Of a stretch of 64,000 nt of DNA, positions 39,762 through 49,036 are shown in pieces. Each line of letters starts with the position of its first letter. Positions within the stretch are counted from its first letter, which is position 1. The translations under genes were made by a program, and so were the position numbers. The notes beneath the pieces are model-generated. The model searched no databases. It was given only the letters and a program-made list of their open reading frames with translations, and was not told where the DNA came from. This stretch comes from Bdellovibrionota bacterium (GTDB taxonomy: Bacteria; Bdellovibrionota_C; UBA2361; OMII01): positions 32,001 through 96,000 of the forward strand of contig JBIJBE010000001.1 of the NCBI GenBank assembly GCA_044345405.1, written 5' to 3'.

Positions 39762-42062
39762 ATGTTTGACCCTGATCGTCGCGAACAAGACCCCACCAAC
39801 TCAGAGCCACGAAACCCAGCGCCCACGAGGAGCTCCGTTCTTGAGAGCCCTTCACTATTTGTGGCCTCGGTTGTTGAGGCGTTGCGTGGTAGGCGATCAG
39901 CCACGGCGCAGGTCTGTGCCGAGCATCTTTCCCGACGGGGTACGCTTACCGGCACCGAGTTTTCCGCGCTCATCGACACCTTGCCACATCCCTCCCAAAC
40001 CTCGGAGCTCGTGTGGGCATACTCTTACCTCACGCGGGAGCCGGTAACTGTGGAGCTCGGGCAGGGGCTGCCGGCGTTCCTAAAGCTCGCTCATAAGTGT
40101 CTGAACGATTCTTCTGATGATAAGGGAGTTACCGCTCGCCGCGTGGCTCGGGTCCTTGATCGAATGTTAGACGCTCGTGTCGGTTCCGCCGATATCGAGG
40201 AGGTATTTGACGTCGTTGTTGGTCATGGTGAGCGGTGCCTTCTTCAGAGCATTCTCGAGAGGGTGGATCAAGCGAGGGCTGGCTATTGGGAATGCGTAGA
40301 GCTACTCGGAGCGCTCTTCCCCGATCCTGAGTCTTTGGAAGATCTCCTGCGCGCTGTTGATCGACTGGGACCGGGCCCACACCGAAGGGAGGCGCTGATG
40401 GGGGTCCAACGAACGATAGCCGCGATCGGAGCCGCTGAGTTCGTTGCGTCCGCTGAATTCGTCGCGCAAGCTCTGGGTGAATGTCAGAGGATCGGCGATA
40501 TCGCGCTTCTGAGAGCGGCGGCCGATGGTCTTTCCTCTCACTTGGTGGGTCGCGTCGATGAGTTGATCGATCTACTTCACTCGTTTCACGAAAACCTCTC
40601 GCGATTCGCGTGCCGAATATGTGTGAGCGCCGACCGGGGCAAAGATGTGGAGCTTGACGAGGCGCTGCGACATACACTCGCGAATACACTCAAGGTCGTT
40701 CGGGTCCGCTTTGAATATGTTTCCTCTGGGGGTCGTTTTGTTGAAGAACCGCTTACAGCCCTTGGGCATATCTCGCCGCAACATTCCGACATCGAGCAGC
40801 TGGGAGCGGTGATTCAAGAACGGCTAGAGCGAGGCAAGGCGGTGAGTTCGGAGTTGGTTGGCGCCTACGCCTCGGGGCTTGCTCGTATCGAGAAGGAGGA
40901 TGGGATTGTCGCCTTACCGCCGTTGTCGGTGAAGCGATTCAAAGCTCTTGATGGTAATCCATCACAAGAGCGATTTCTCGACCGTCACCCGCGGGTTGTA
41001 ACAGGACAGGAGACTGACGATGATCTTGAATGTCTCGCGTTAGACATCTCCGACCAAACCAACTTTGAGAAAGCCCTCAAGCTGTGTCGAGAGATGGAGA
41101 ACCTTCTCGATGTACGTCTCTTAAGCAGCCGGAGAGGCGAGACCGCTACGTTGTTTTCTGACGTCGACCAAGCGCTGCGGTTCGCCCGCCATCACGCTCG
41201 GCTTGCCGCTGAGGGCCCAGCGGAGTTCGCGGCGGTATTGTTACCGGAGCTCCTGTCGGCCGTAGCGTGTGGCCGCGCGGCGCATAAGCGAGGAGGTGGA
41301 GAGACTATTGGCGAGTGCGCGGTGCTTTCGTTGGCCTCTCTCGCGAAGCTTGCCGCCCACGATACAAATATTCGTGAATTGGCATTGGCGCGGCTCTCGT
41401 CCGTCGATTGGGAGTTTCTGGGCCGTCTGCACAAAATGAATCCGAACTCGTTCTCCCGCTCCTATCCAGAGCTAGGGCTCTCAGGAATCGCCGTTCGAGC
41501 CGTGCTCGATGAGGATGTGACGTGGCAGAAGGACCTCTTGGATTGGTGGGGCACGATCGATCCTCGTGCTCGACACCGAATGGAACCCAACGGCCTCGCG
41601 TTTATCACGGTTGTTGCGGAGCGAGGGCGACCGGGAACGGTGTGGGAGCTCCTCCGCGCGCTGCCCCTCTCGTCGGGGCCCGCCTATGAGTTTTCGGATA
41701 TCGGACTCGCGCTCCTCGCGAATCCCGAGGATTCGGTCTCTCGTGTCTGTACAGACATTGTATCACCAAAAGGGGACGACCTCGGTCGAGCGTTACGTTT
41801 GGCGCAATTGATGGCGCCCCATTGCGATGAAGCTCAACGGGAACATCTTCGAGTCGCTACGAAAACGCTTTTGGATGAGATGGGTATCTTAGGAGTTGAG
41901 GCAGTCGCAACCCTTGGCGCGCTTTCTCGCACTCGAGAGGACGCGCTTCTCTTGCTGACCCGCGAGCCGGCGCTGGGTTTTGATGAGAAAGTCTATCGGA
42001 TCTCATGCGCTCGCGCGGCCGCCAAGATTCTGCGAAATATCGAACGCTCGGCTAATCGGTAA
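39762..42062 (+). CDS. Large helical hypothetical protein (766 aa)
   Basis: Long ORF rich in Leu/Ala/Glu/Arg; no recognised motif. Confidence 0.7.
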   Translation: MFDPDRREQDPTNSEPRNPAPTRSSVLESPSLFVASVVEALRGRRSATAQVCAEHLSRRGTLTGTEFSALIDTLPHPSQTSELVWAYSYLTREPVTVELGQGLPAFLKLAHKCLNDSSDDKGVTARRVARVLDRMLDARVGSADIEEVFDVVVGHGERCLLQSILERVDQARAGYWECVELLGALFPDPESLEDLLRAVDRLGPGPHRREALMGVQRTIAAIGAAEFVASAEFVAQALGECQRIGDIALLRAAADGLSSHLVGRVDELIDLLHSFHENLSRFACRICVSADRGKDVELDEALRHTLANTLKVVRVRFEYVSSGGRFVEEPLTALGHISPQHSDIEQLGAVIQERLERGKAVSSELVGAYASGLARIEKEDGIVALPPLSVKRFKALDGNPSQERFLDRHPRVVTGQETDDDLECLALDISDQTNFEKALKLCREMENLLDVRLLSSRRGETATLFSDVDQALRFARHHARLAAEGPAEFAAVLLPELLSAVACGRAAHKRGGGETIGECAVLSLASLAKLAAHDTNIRELALARLSSVDWEFLGRLHKMNPNSFSRSYPELGLSGIAVRAVLDEDVTWQKDLLDWWGTIDPRARHRMEPNGLAFITVVAERGRPGTVWELLRALPLSSGPAYEFSDIGLALLANPEDSVSRVCTDIVSPKGDDLGRALRLAQLMAPHCDEAQREHLRVATKTLLDEMGILGVEAVATLGALSRTREDALLLLTREPALGFDEKVYRISCARAAAKILRNIERSANR

Positions 42063-42063
42063 T

Positions 42064-42408
42064 TTAGCGCTTCTTATCGTCAGAGGTCTCCTCGAGTGAC
42101 GCGTCGATAACCATCTTCACGGCTTGTTCGACTATCTCTCGCTGGTTCTGGGGAATGACTCCCTGCGCGGCGAGCTTGGCCGCCTCTTCGGACACGATAC
42201 TCATGAGCCTATCCCGTTGATCGAGAGTGATCCTGCCGATTGCGCCCGCGGCGCCAACACCGCTCACCGCGGTGACCCGACCAACCGCTGAGGTTGCTTT
42301 CACCTTATCGACATCTGAGACCGCCTCAGTAGATTTCACGCCCTTGGTTGAATCGGACGCTCCTACTTTGCCAACCTTTTTATCCTTGTCGTCTTTTCCC
42401 TTCGTCAT
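42064..42408 (-). CDS. Hypothetical protein, possible anti-sigma or secreted substrate
   Basis: GGAG RBS; follows the sigma gene; low-complexity N-half and helical C-half. Confidence 0.65.
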   Translation of the reverse strand: MTKGKDDKDKKVGKVGASDSTKGVKSTEAVSDVDKVKATSAVGRVTAVSGVGAAGAIGRITLDQRDRLMSIVSEEAAKLAAQGVIPQNQREIVEQAVKMVIDASLEETSDDKKR

Positions 42409-42442
42409 CTCAATTCTCCGAGCTCAAGTTCTTGTGGTTGTA

Positions 42443-43264
42443 TCACGCGGTAGACGCCAGAACATCTGTAAAAGGCCCCTTACCGCTCGCTGTCTTAAAT
42501 TTCGCGACCAGTGGTTTTAAGCCCGGTCTCACCTTTGGAGCCGGGGTCGGTTTTCCTTGCGCGAGACTCTTTTGCAGATATCCCATGAGCACTTTATGTT
42601 CGCGCATGACGTTCAACCCGTCGGTCTCCCACTCGGTCGCTACGTTGCGTAGGGAGGTTCCATCCCAGTATACCTTGTAGAGAAGCCATTGGTGCACGGG
42701 CTCAAGTCCCGCCATGACCGTCACAACCCGTTTGTAATCCATGAGCTCATCGGGAGCCGGACCGGTCGCGATCGCTTCCTTGGTTACGACGAGGCTGGCT
42801 CCCATAAGGAGCTCTCTAATCGCCGCTCTCGCGTCGGCGTCGTCGTTTCCTGAAGATTCATAGATCGGGAGTTGTCCATCACGGAGCTCTGGGAAGACCC
42901 CGTACAGTTCCGCGGAGAGCTCTCGAGCCTTGACCTCAGCGGCTGGTCTGTTGGACGCGGCGCGCGCCCACCCTTTGGATTTGCGAGCGGCGTCGGTGCT
43001 CGCTTCGTGGATCCGTCGACGAGCGTACCCTTTGAACGGTATTCCACGGCTCGGATCGAATCTTCGTGAACAGAAGATCAGAGCCTCCATCGCCGCCCCG
43101 TCGAGGCCATCGAGTCTCCAGTCAAGGTTCCAGGCGCGCGCCACAGACCGGGCGATGCTCTCTGCCCATCCGTGATGCTCCACCACGAGGTTGTTCGCCT
43201 CCTCTTCCGAGAGGCGCTGTGATTCCGTTTCTGCTTTTCCCACGTGTCTCTGTAAGGGGCCCAA
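42443..43264 (-). CDS. Divergent FliA/WhiG-like sigma factor
   Basis: Region 2 RRFDPSRGIPFKGYARRRI; degenerate region 4 LEPVHQWLLYKVYWDGTSLRNVA. Confidence 0.75.
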   Translation of the reverse strand: MGPLQRHVGKAETESQRLSEEEANNLVVEHHGWAESIARSVARAWNLDWRLDGLDGAAMEALIFCSRRFDPSRGIPFKGYARRRIHEASTDAARKSKGWARAASNRPAAEVKARELSAELYGVFPELRDGQLPIYESSGNDDADARAAIRELLMGASLVVTKEAIATGPAPDELMDYKRVVTVMAGLEPVHQWLLYKVYWDGTSLRNVATEWETDGLNVMREHKVLMGYLQKSLAQGKPTPAPKVRPGLKPLVAKFKTASGKGPFTDVLASTA

Positions 43265-43291
43265 ACGGGACTCCCCACTCCCCGTAGAGAG

Positions 43292-43320
43292 GTATCGGCA
43301 CGTTCGATTCAGAGGGTTAG
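43292..43320 (-). promoter_or_regulatory. Candidate sigma28-type promoter of the leftward sigma gene
   Basis: CTAAC-N16-GCCGATAC on the minus strand. Confidence 0.55.
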
Positions 43321-43478
43321 CTCCTTTTTGGGGCTAAAAAGGCCAATTAAACCAGAGGGTTAAAAATATCTATTTTTTCTGAAGCACGAGCCACCCTCAG
43401 GTGGATAAGGGGGTGTCTACCGCGCACTCCGGTGCCGAATCTGACGGGTTTTGGATGACTTTTAAAGGGCAAAACACC

Positions 43479-44354
43479 ATGACTGTAGCAACAGGACAAT
43501 CAGCAAAGGCCAAAGGAAAGAGCGCAGCGATCGCCGCTCGTGCCGCTAAGAAGAACGCCAAGGTGATTAAGCTCTCGGACGCTCGCAAGGCCAAAGCAGC
43601 TCCTCCAACACCGTACCAACAAGAAGCTCTTATCGTTAAGTACCGTCTCAAAGCTCGTAAGCTCGGTCGCAGCATCCTTCGTCGGTGGCATGCCCGCATG
43701 GATCTCGATGAGGTTGATTCAATCGTAGACCTCTCGTTGTGTGAGGCTGTGAAGCGATTCGATCCAGCGAAGGGCGCAAGCTTCATGACCTTCCTCTTCT
43801 ATCACCTTAAAGGTAACTTGGTTCGCGCGGTAACGACTGCCGCCGCTTCCAATAGCATCCCAGTGTTCAATAGTGACGAAACGGAGACTCAGGTTGGGGA
43901 GCCTGATCACCTCTTCGGTCACCAGTTCCGAGCGATGAACTCAGCCGAGGTGGCTGATGCTGTCGCGAGTCAAGACGCGCCACTTCCAGATGAGATGTTG
44001 TGGCGTAAGGAGCTCCACAGCCAGAGCACGCTGGCGTGTGACAAGCTTGATCCACTTGAGCGAGAGATCATCAAGCGGATATTCCTTCAGGAGCAGCAGA
44101 TCATGGATATCGCCGCTACCCTCGGGTATAGCCGATGTCACATCTCGCGAGTGAAGAAGAAGGCGCTTGAGACCCTCTACAACGAACTGAGCGGATCGAT
44201 GAACGACATTGACCTCGGCAAGAAGCCGTCGTTCGATGACGATGGTGAGGAGGAGGTTAAGCTCAAGATCGTTGGTCGCCGTCCGATTCATCGACGTCGC
44301 CCACGTTCTAAAGTTAACCGCGCTGAGCGCTTCCTTACCGCGAAAGCGGCGTAA
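43479..44354 (+). CDS. FliA/SigB-like (group 3) sigma-70 factor
   Basis: EAVKRFDPAKGASFMTF region 2; LDPLEREII...IAATLGYSRCHISRVKKKAL region 4. Confidence 0.85.
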   Translation: MTVATGQSAKAKGKSAAIAARAAKKNAKVIKLSDARKAKAAPPTPYQQEALIVKYRLKARKLGRSILRRWHARMDLDEVDSIVDLSLCEAVKRFDPAKGASFMTFLFYHLKGNLVRAVTTAAASNSIPVFNSDETETQVGEPDHLFGHQFRAMNSAEVADAVASQDAPLPDEMLWRKELHSQSTLACDKLDPLEREIIKRIFLQEQQIMDIAATLGYSRCHISRVKKKALETLYNELSGSMNDIDLGKKPSFDDDGEEEVKLKIVGRRPIHRRRPRSKVNRAERFLTAKAA

Positions 44355-44375
44355 CCTAACAACCAGTGGTGAACG

Positions 44376-44412
44376 AGCCCTGACGGAGCGGTGAGCTTTG
44401 TCGGGGCTTTTT
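44376..44412 (+). terminator. Intrinsic terminator
   Basis: AGCCCTGAC...GTCGGGGCT followed by T run. Confidence 0.7.
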
Positions 44413-44504
44413 CATGTGTATCGTGCACGTTAGAGTTCGCCAGGGAGCATGGTTGAGTAAGGGACCCATAGGCGGGTAGACTCGTGAGGTGAGGTATCCC
44501 CCTT

Positions 44505-44807
44505 ATGATGTCACTCATTCAAAAGCCCATTACACTTCCCCCGGATATGACGTTGCGGAGGGCCGCTGAGCACCTCCGAGCTAAGGCGGAGGAGATCGCG
44601 GAGCAGCGCTGCTCCGCGTCGCCCCTCATCCAGATCGGGCATGAAAGGGTCGCCAACGCCTTGGACGCGCTCGCGGGTGACTGCCTCTCCACATCTCAGT
44701 TGCCGTCATGCGAGGAGGCCCGCGCGCTGTGGGCGACAGGACAGTTGCCCCGGATAGAAGTTTCGCGGGTCGGATGTATGGTTCCGGGTCGAGAGCGGAA
44801 TAGGTAG
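44505..44807 (+). CDS. Hypothetical protein
   Basis: GAGGT RBS; fills the gap between genes. Confidence 0.45.
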   Translation: MMSLIQKPITLPPDMTLRRAAEHLRAKAEEIAEQRCSASPLIQIGHERVANALDALAGDCLSTSQLPSCEEARALWATGQLPRIEVSRVGCMVPGRERNR

Positions 44808-44840
44808 GGACTTCCCGCAGACTTGTGTCGCTTGGACAAC

Positions 44841-45425
44841 CTATAGTGATTCCGGTTTCTGAGAGCGGTGCTTTCTCCACGCCTCTTTAGTCAGTATCCA
44901 TTGTTCGCTGTGTTTATACTCACTCGATACGTAAGAACTTGGAACGACCCTCACCTTGACCGCCCCGAACTTCTCTTTCAGCCGTCCCGACGCGGGATTG
45001 CCGGTCGCGTTGTCTAAAAGGAGCTCTTTGAAGTCGAGGTTGTCAAAGGCGAGGTCGGTGACTGCGAAAACGGCTTCGCTCATAAGGCCCTTGCCCCAAA
45101 GATGACGCGCAAGCCAAAAGCCCCTATTTGATGGATTCCCGTCTCTCCACAGGTCGATAGCGCCAACAAGTTCTGACGGATTCTCTTTGAGCGTTATCGC
45201 CCATACCCATTTATCCCTTCCCTGATGCGGGATGACAAATGTTGTGATGTAGTTCAAAGCGCCGTCTTTAGGGTAGGGCCACGGAATTGCGCTCGTTAAG
45301 GTCTTTACGACCTCCCAATTCGCGAAATGCTTCTGATACCCTGGCGCGTCGGTTTCGACCAACTCTCTCAAGATGAGTCGTTTTGTCTCAAGGGTCGGAA
45401 CGGTGGGAGAGGGAAGTTTCGTCAT
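44841..45425 (-). CDS. GNAT acetyltransferase (RimJ/RimL family)
   Basis: LETKRLILR, PWPYP, GFWLARHLWGKGLMSEA, NPASGRL. Confidence 0.9.
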   Translation of the reverse strand: MTKLPSPTVPTLETKRLILRELVETDAPGYQKHFANWEVVKTLTSAIPWPYPKDGALNYITTFVIPHQGRDKWVWAITLKENPSELVGAIDLWRDGNPSNRGFWLARHLWGKGLMSEAVFAVTDLAFDNLDFKELLLDNATGNPASGRLKEKFGAVKVRVVPSSYVSSEYKHSEQWILTKEAWRKHRSQKPESL

Positions 45426-45546
45426 GGTTTGATTGCCCTGAGCTCGGTCAAACATCGGGGCATTGTAGCACGGTGCAGGGATGGTGAGTTGGGGATTGAT
45501 GGTATTTTCTGAATCCAATTCTAACGAGGAGTGTGTCTCTGCCTGG

Positions 45547-46749
45547 CTATCTTTTCGCCTCATCGAATCGAGCCGCATAGCCCTCAAACGAAGCTATTGA
45601 AGCCTCATTTCTATCCTCACAGAACCCAAGCAGCGTTGTTCTCAGACACGGCGCGCTAATCACAGGGTCGTACCCACCTTCGAGGACTCCGCAGAGCCCA
45701 GCATTCGGAAGCGCGTGGCGCACTCCCTTGATTAACGTATAGAACGCGTCGGGGGTCATGCCGAGCCCGCCCAGGGGATCGCCGACAGCGGAATCTAGTC
45801 CAACCGACCAAATTATAAGGTCAGGCTCAAACTCGATAAGTCGGGGGAGCGCCTCGTTGATGAATCGGGTGATGAGGGTGTCCGCGTTTTGAAATCCTTC
45901 GTGCTCAAGGCGAATGATGTTCGGAGCGTCAACCACCGGGTGCGCGGAAGCGCCGATAGAGGCGTCGTCACGGGTGTAGGGGTATTCCTTGCCCGCTCCC
46001 GCATACTGTCCTGTTGCCGGATTGTGCGTTCCGTCCGTGTATCGCCTCGTTCCCTCATCGTATGAGGATCGATACACCTGATCGATGAAGAGGATCTCAG
46101 ATTGGTTCGCGAGTGTTGAAGCGCTCCCGTTGCCCCGGTGGTGGTCGATGTCGATCAGTGCGACACGGTTTCGGTGGTCCACGTTTTTTGTAGTCACGTG
46201 GTCACGAGCGTAGAGCGCGGCCAGCGCCGCGGTCGAGAGGTAGCAGAATCCCATCGCGTGGGTAGGTTCGGCGTGATGCCCCGGTGGCCACACGAGGGCG
46301 AACGCTGTGGCGTCTCTGTTGGTGAGCACAGTGTCAACGGCATCGAGCGCTGTGCCGACGGAGCTGATTGCGGCTTCGTAGGTGCCGGGGCTAGCGTCAG
46401 CCTCTTTACCAAAGGGCGCGATGGCGGTTTCGCCTCTCTCAACTCTGGCTCGCGCGGCCAGCGAAGCCGCCCGAAGCTCCTCAAGATATCCTTCGGAGTG
46501 TCCTCGCAGCAGAAGTGAACGGTCTGCGGTTCGATGAGATGTTGAGATCGAGAGCGTTGATGGCGGGCGAGAGCTCTCAAGGCTTCGCGCGAGCTCTCGG
46601 GTGGTGGCGAGAAGCGCCGATGTTTTTCCGGGTCGGTCGTACCGAATCGTTGGGTCTTCTCGGTCGCATGTTCCTAGATGGCCGTAGCGGCGATTCTCCT
46701 CGGTGTCGCTCCAGATGTGATCGTTCGTGAAGATGTAGAGTTTGCGCAT
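45547..46749 (-). CDS. Histone deacetylase-family Zn amidohydrolase
   Basis: PPGHHA, GFC, DIDHHRGNG, GLDSAVGDPLG, LEGGY. Confidence 0.9.
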   Translation of the reverse strand: MRKLYIFTNDHIWSDTEENRRYGHLGTCDREDPTIRYDRPGKTSALLATTRELARSLESSRPPSTLSISTSHRTADRSLLLRGHSEGYLEELRAASLAARARVERGETAIAPFGKEADASPGTYEAAISSVGTALDAVDTVLTNRDATAFALVWPPGHHAEPTHAMGFCYLSTAALAALYARDHVTTKNVDHRNRVALIDIDHHRGNGSASTLANQSEILFIDQVYRSSYDEGTRRYTDGTHNPATGQYAGAGKEYPYTRDDASIGASAHPVVDAPNIIRLEHEGFQNADTLITRFINEALPRLIEFEPDLIIWSVGLDSAVGDPLGGLGMTPDAFYTLIKGVRHALPNAGLCGVLEGGYDPVISAPCLRTTLLGFCEDRNEASIASFEGYAARFDEAKR

Positions 46750-46882
46750 AGGTTTTTCCTGAATCCTAGCAAGAGGGGCGCCGTGTATTCAAGGAATGTG
46801 TGAAGGGGAGAGTCTCGGCTACCCCTGGTGGGCTCCCGAGGTTCTTGGTAGCGTGTCGAGGGTGTATCGCTTGAAGGTTGCT

Positions 46883-47149
46883 ATGATATCCAAAAAGAGT
46901 ATCGTTTCCACGCTCGCTATTCTCTGCCTCTCCACACCTCATGTTGTCCGCGCCGATATCGATCCAGATACGTTGGCGACCCTAAAAACTCGCTTCGCCG
47001 CGGCTGACAAAAACGGAGACGGCAAGCTGACCCGTGAAGAGTGTCAGGCCGGTATGCCCCGCATCTACAGAGGCTTCGACAAGATCGACGCCGACAACAA
47101 GGGCTACATAACCCTCGACCAGATAATTACCTTCGTCGCCAATCGATAG
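46883..47149 (+). CDS. Small secreted EF-hand protein
   Basis: Signal peptide; DKNGDGKLTREE and DADNKGYITLDQ. Confidence 0.85.
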   Translation: MISKKSIVSTLAILCLSTPHVVRADIDPDTLATLKTRFAAADKNGDGKLTREECQAGMPRIYRGFDKIDADNKGYITLDQIITFVANR

Positions 47150-47196
47150 CCTGTACCATACCGGTGGACGTCTGTGCGGGCGGCGTAAACCGCTCT

Positions 47197-48678
47197 TTAG
47201 GAGAGATGCGGGTTCTTGGTGATGCCACCCTTGTGGAACGCGAGAAGATGGTCCGCGCTGATCTGCTCTTCGTCTCTAAAGTGAGTCCAGCTTACCGCAA
47301 GGTTCTCAGCGGAAAGTCCTGATACTCTGGCGGCCTCAGCGATCCAAACCCCCTCTCGTGGTTCGTGCGCGAACTGCTCTTGGTTAAACACGAGGATCGG
47401 CTCAGCGTTAGGGTCGTTCTTGTTGATGACGTAGAACTTCGCGTCGACAGCGAGGATCGTCCTGTCGATGTCGTTGAATACCACTGACGGAGAGGCGCCC
47501 ATAAGGAGTGGCTTATTCTCCTGGAATATCGCTCGAAGCGTATCAATGGACGGCCCGATCTCGAGAGTTCTTCCGTCGTAGACACGAATGGTGTCGGGCA
47601 TCCACCGTTTGTCGGCGATAAGATCGGCGATGAGCTTGTCTCGATCCTGATAGAGCCCGGTCTGGCGAGTATACTCAGAGAGCAGGGTATCGATCAGGGA
47701 GCTCCAGAAAGAGAGGTCTCCTGTACGGGCGACTTTGTTCGTGGCGAACTCCGCCTCGGTAAGGGTATCCGCTTTCGCGTTGAGGAGGGTCTCCATCTGG
47801 GGTGTACGGTAGACCCAGCCGATCTTGTCGAAGACATGCGTGATGACCCCGCGAACAAGACACCGCAGAACCTCTTTAAGGTTCTTGTCCTCATCGTCGA
47901 TGAAGTGAATCTGATCGAATGGTTTGCCCACCCTCATGGGAACAACGAAGCCCTCGTCGTTCTCCTTCAGGCCGCACGCGAAGTTGGTAAGTACGGCGGC
48001 TTTCCGCGAGGCTGTTCCGGAAAACCTCCCCGCCAAGCGCTTACTAAGGAGTGGATCGTTGACGTAGTACGTTAATTCCGCAATCGGTGCGTGCCCAAAG
48101 ATCTGGCTGATCGTTTCAAGTTGAGCGCGGTGTTGGTGGTCTCGCCCCTCACGGGCCGTGAGGAGTCCGTAGAAGCCCCCCGCATAGAGGTGCGCAAGGG
48201 TAAATGCCACCGCTGGGAGCTGACTTCGCAGGTCATCAAAGCATCGTTCAAGAACAAACTGGCGAATTTCCGGCTTGCGGATCTCGCGGGCTAGGAAGAG
48301 GCTCATCTGGTTTGGAGGAAAGTCGAGAAAGAACGAAGTCGCCATCTCGGCGGTAATCGGCGTGTCGCTCGGGAGGGCAAGCTTTGCGCGGAGCGCCCCA
48401 AGGAGAAGCGGGGGCTTGGTGGCGGGAGATAGCTCTGCTTGTTGTTTCAGGGCGATATCAGCGAGAAGGGTCGCTTGTCCCCGAGCTGTGAGATTGGTGA
48501 ATCGGTCCTCGCAAAACTTACTGGCGGGATCTTGTATGATGATCCGTTCATGCGCGGGCAGCGAAGCGTTGTCGAGAGGCACGGATTGATAGAGTGTTTT
48601 GACCGGCACAAGTGGCGGGTTCGCCGACGCGGCGGTTGCTTGGGCGAAAGGGAAGAAGAGCTGAGAGGGAGCCGTCAT
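47197..48678 (-). CDS. HAD-like phosphatase with permuted motif order
   Basis: LLTARE, SRKA, HFIDDEDKNL, then VFNDIDRTIL near the C-terminus. Confidence 0.6.
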   Translation of the reverse strand: MTAPSQLFFPFAQATAASANPPLVPVKTLYQSVPLDNASLPAHERIIIQDPASKFCEDRFTNLTARGQATLLADIALKQQAELSPATKPPLLLGALRAKLALPSDTPITAEMATSFFLDFPPNQMSLFLAREIRKPEIRQFVLERCFDDLRSQLPAVAFTLAHLYAGGFYGLLTAREGRDHQHRAQLETISQIFGHAPIAELTYYVNDPLLSKRLAGRFSGTASRKAAVLTNFACGLKENDEGFVVPMRVGKPFDQIHFIDDEDKNLKEVLRCLVRGVITHVFDKIGWVYRTPQMETLLNAKADTLTEAEFATNKVARTGDLSFWSSLIDTLLSEYTRQTGLYQDRDKLIADLIADKRWMPDTIRVYDGRTLEIGPSIDTLRAIFQENKPLLMGASPSVVFNDIDRTILAVDAKFYVINKNDPNAEPILVFNQEQFAHEPREGVWIAEAARVSGLSAENLAVSWTHFRDEEQISADHLLAFHKGGITKNPHLS

Positions 48679-49036
48679 GGTCGCAAGTGTACCTGTATCG
48701 TTCGGTTGAAGTAAGTTCCTACCCCCGAACAGCAGCGACCTATCCGAGTATTCATAGACTATTTCCGACAGGTCCGGTCTGAGAGAATTTGGTTAGAGAG
48801 GGAGCGGTCTGGGGTCGGCGGAGGCTGCTCGCCTCTGGTTCTAGATTATGGGTTGGGCGGATAGTATGGTGTGTGCGCTGGGTGTTACAGAGTTGGTATG
48901 ACCGTCTTCCCTCGAATACGGCGGATAGAGAGCGTTCCCCCACGCTCGCGCCGTACTAGGAATCCACCAGGAGGTCGAACGGACCTCCTGAAGAGATGGT
49001 TTAAGGTCGAGACAAGCAGCTTAAGGGGGAGCCCTC

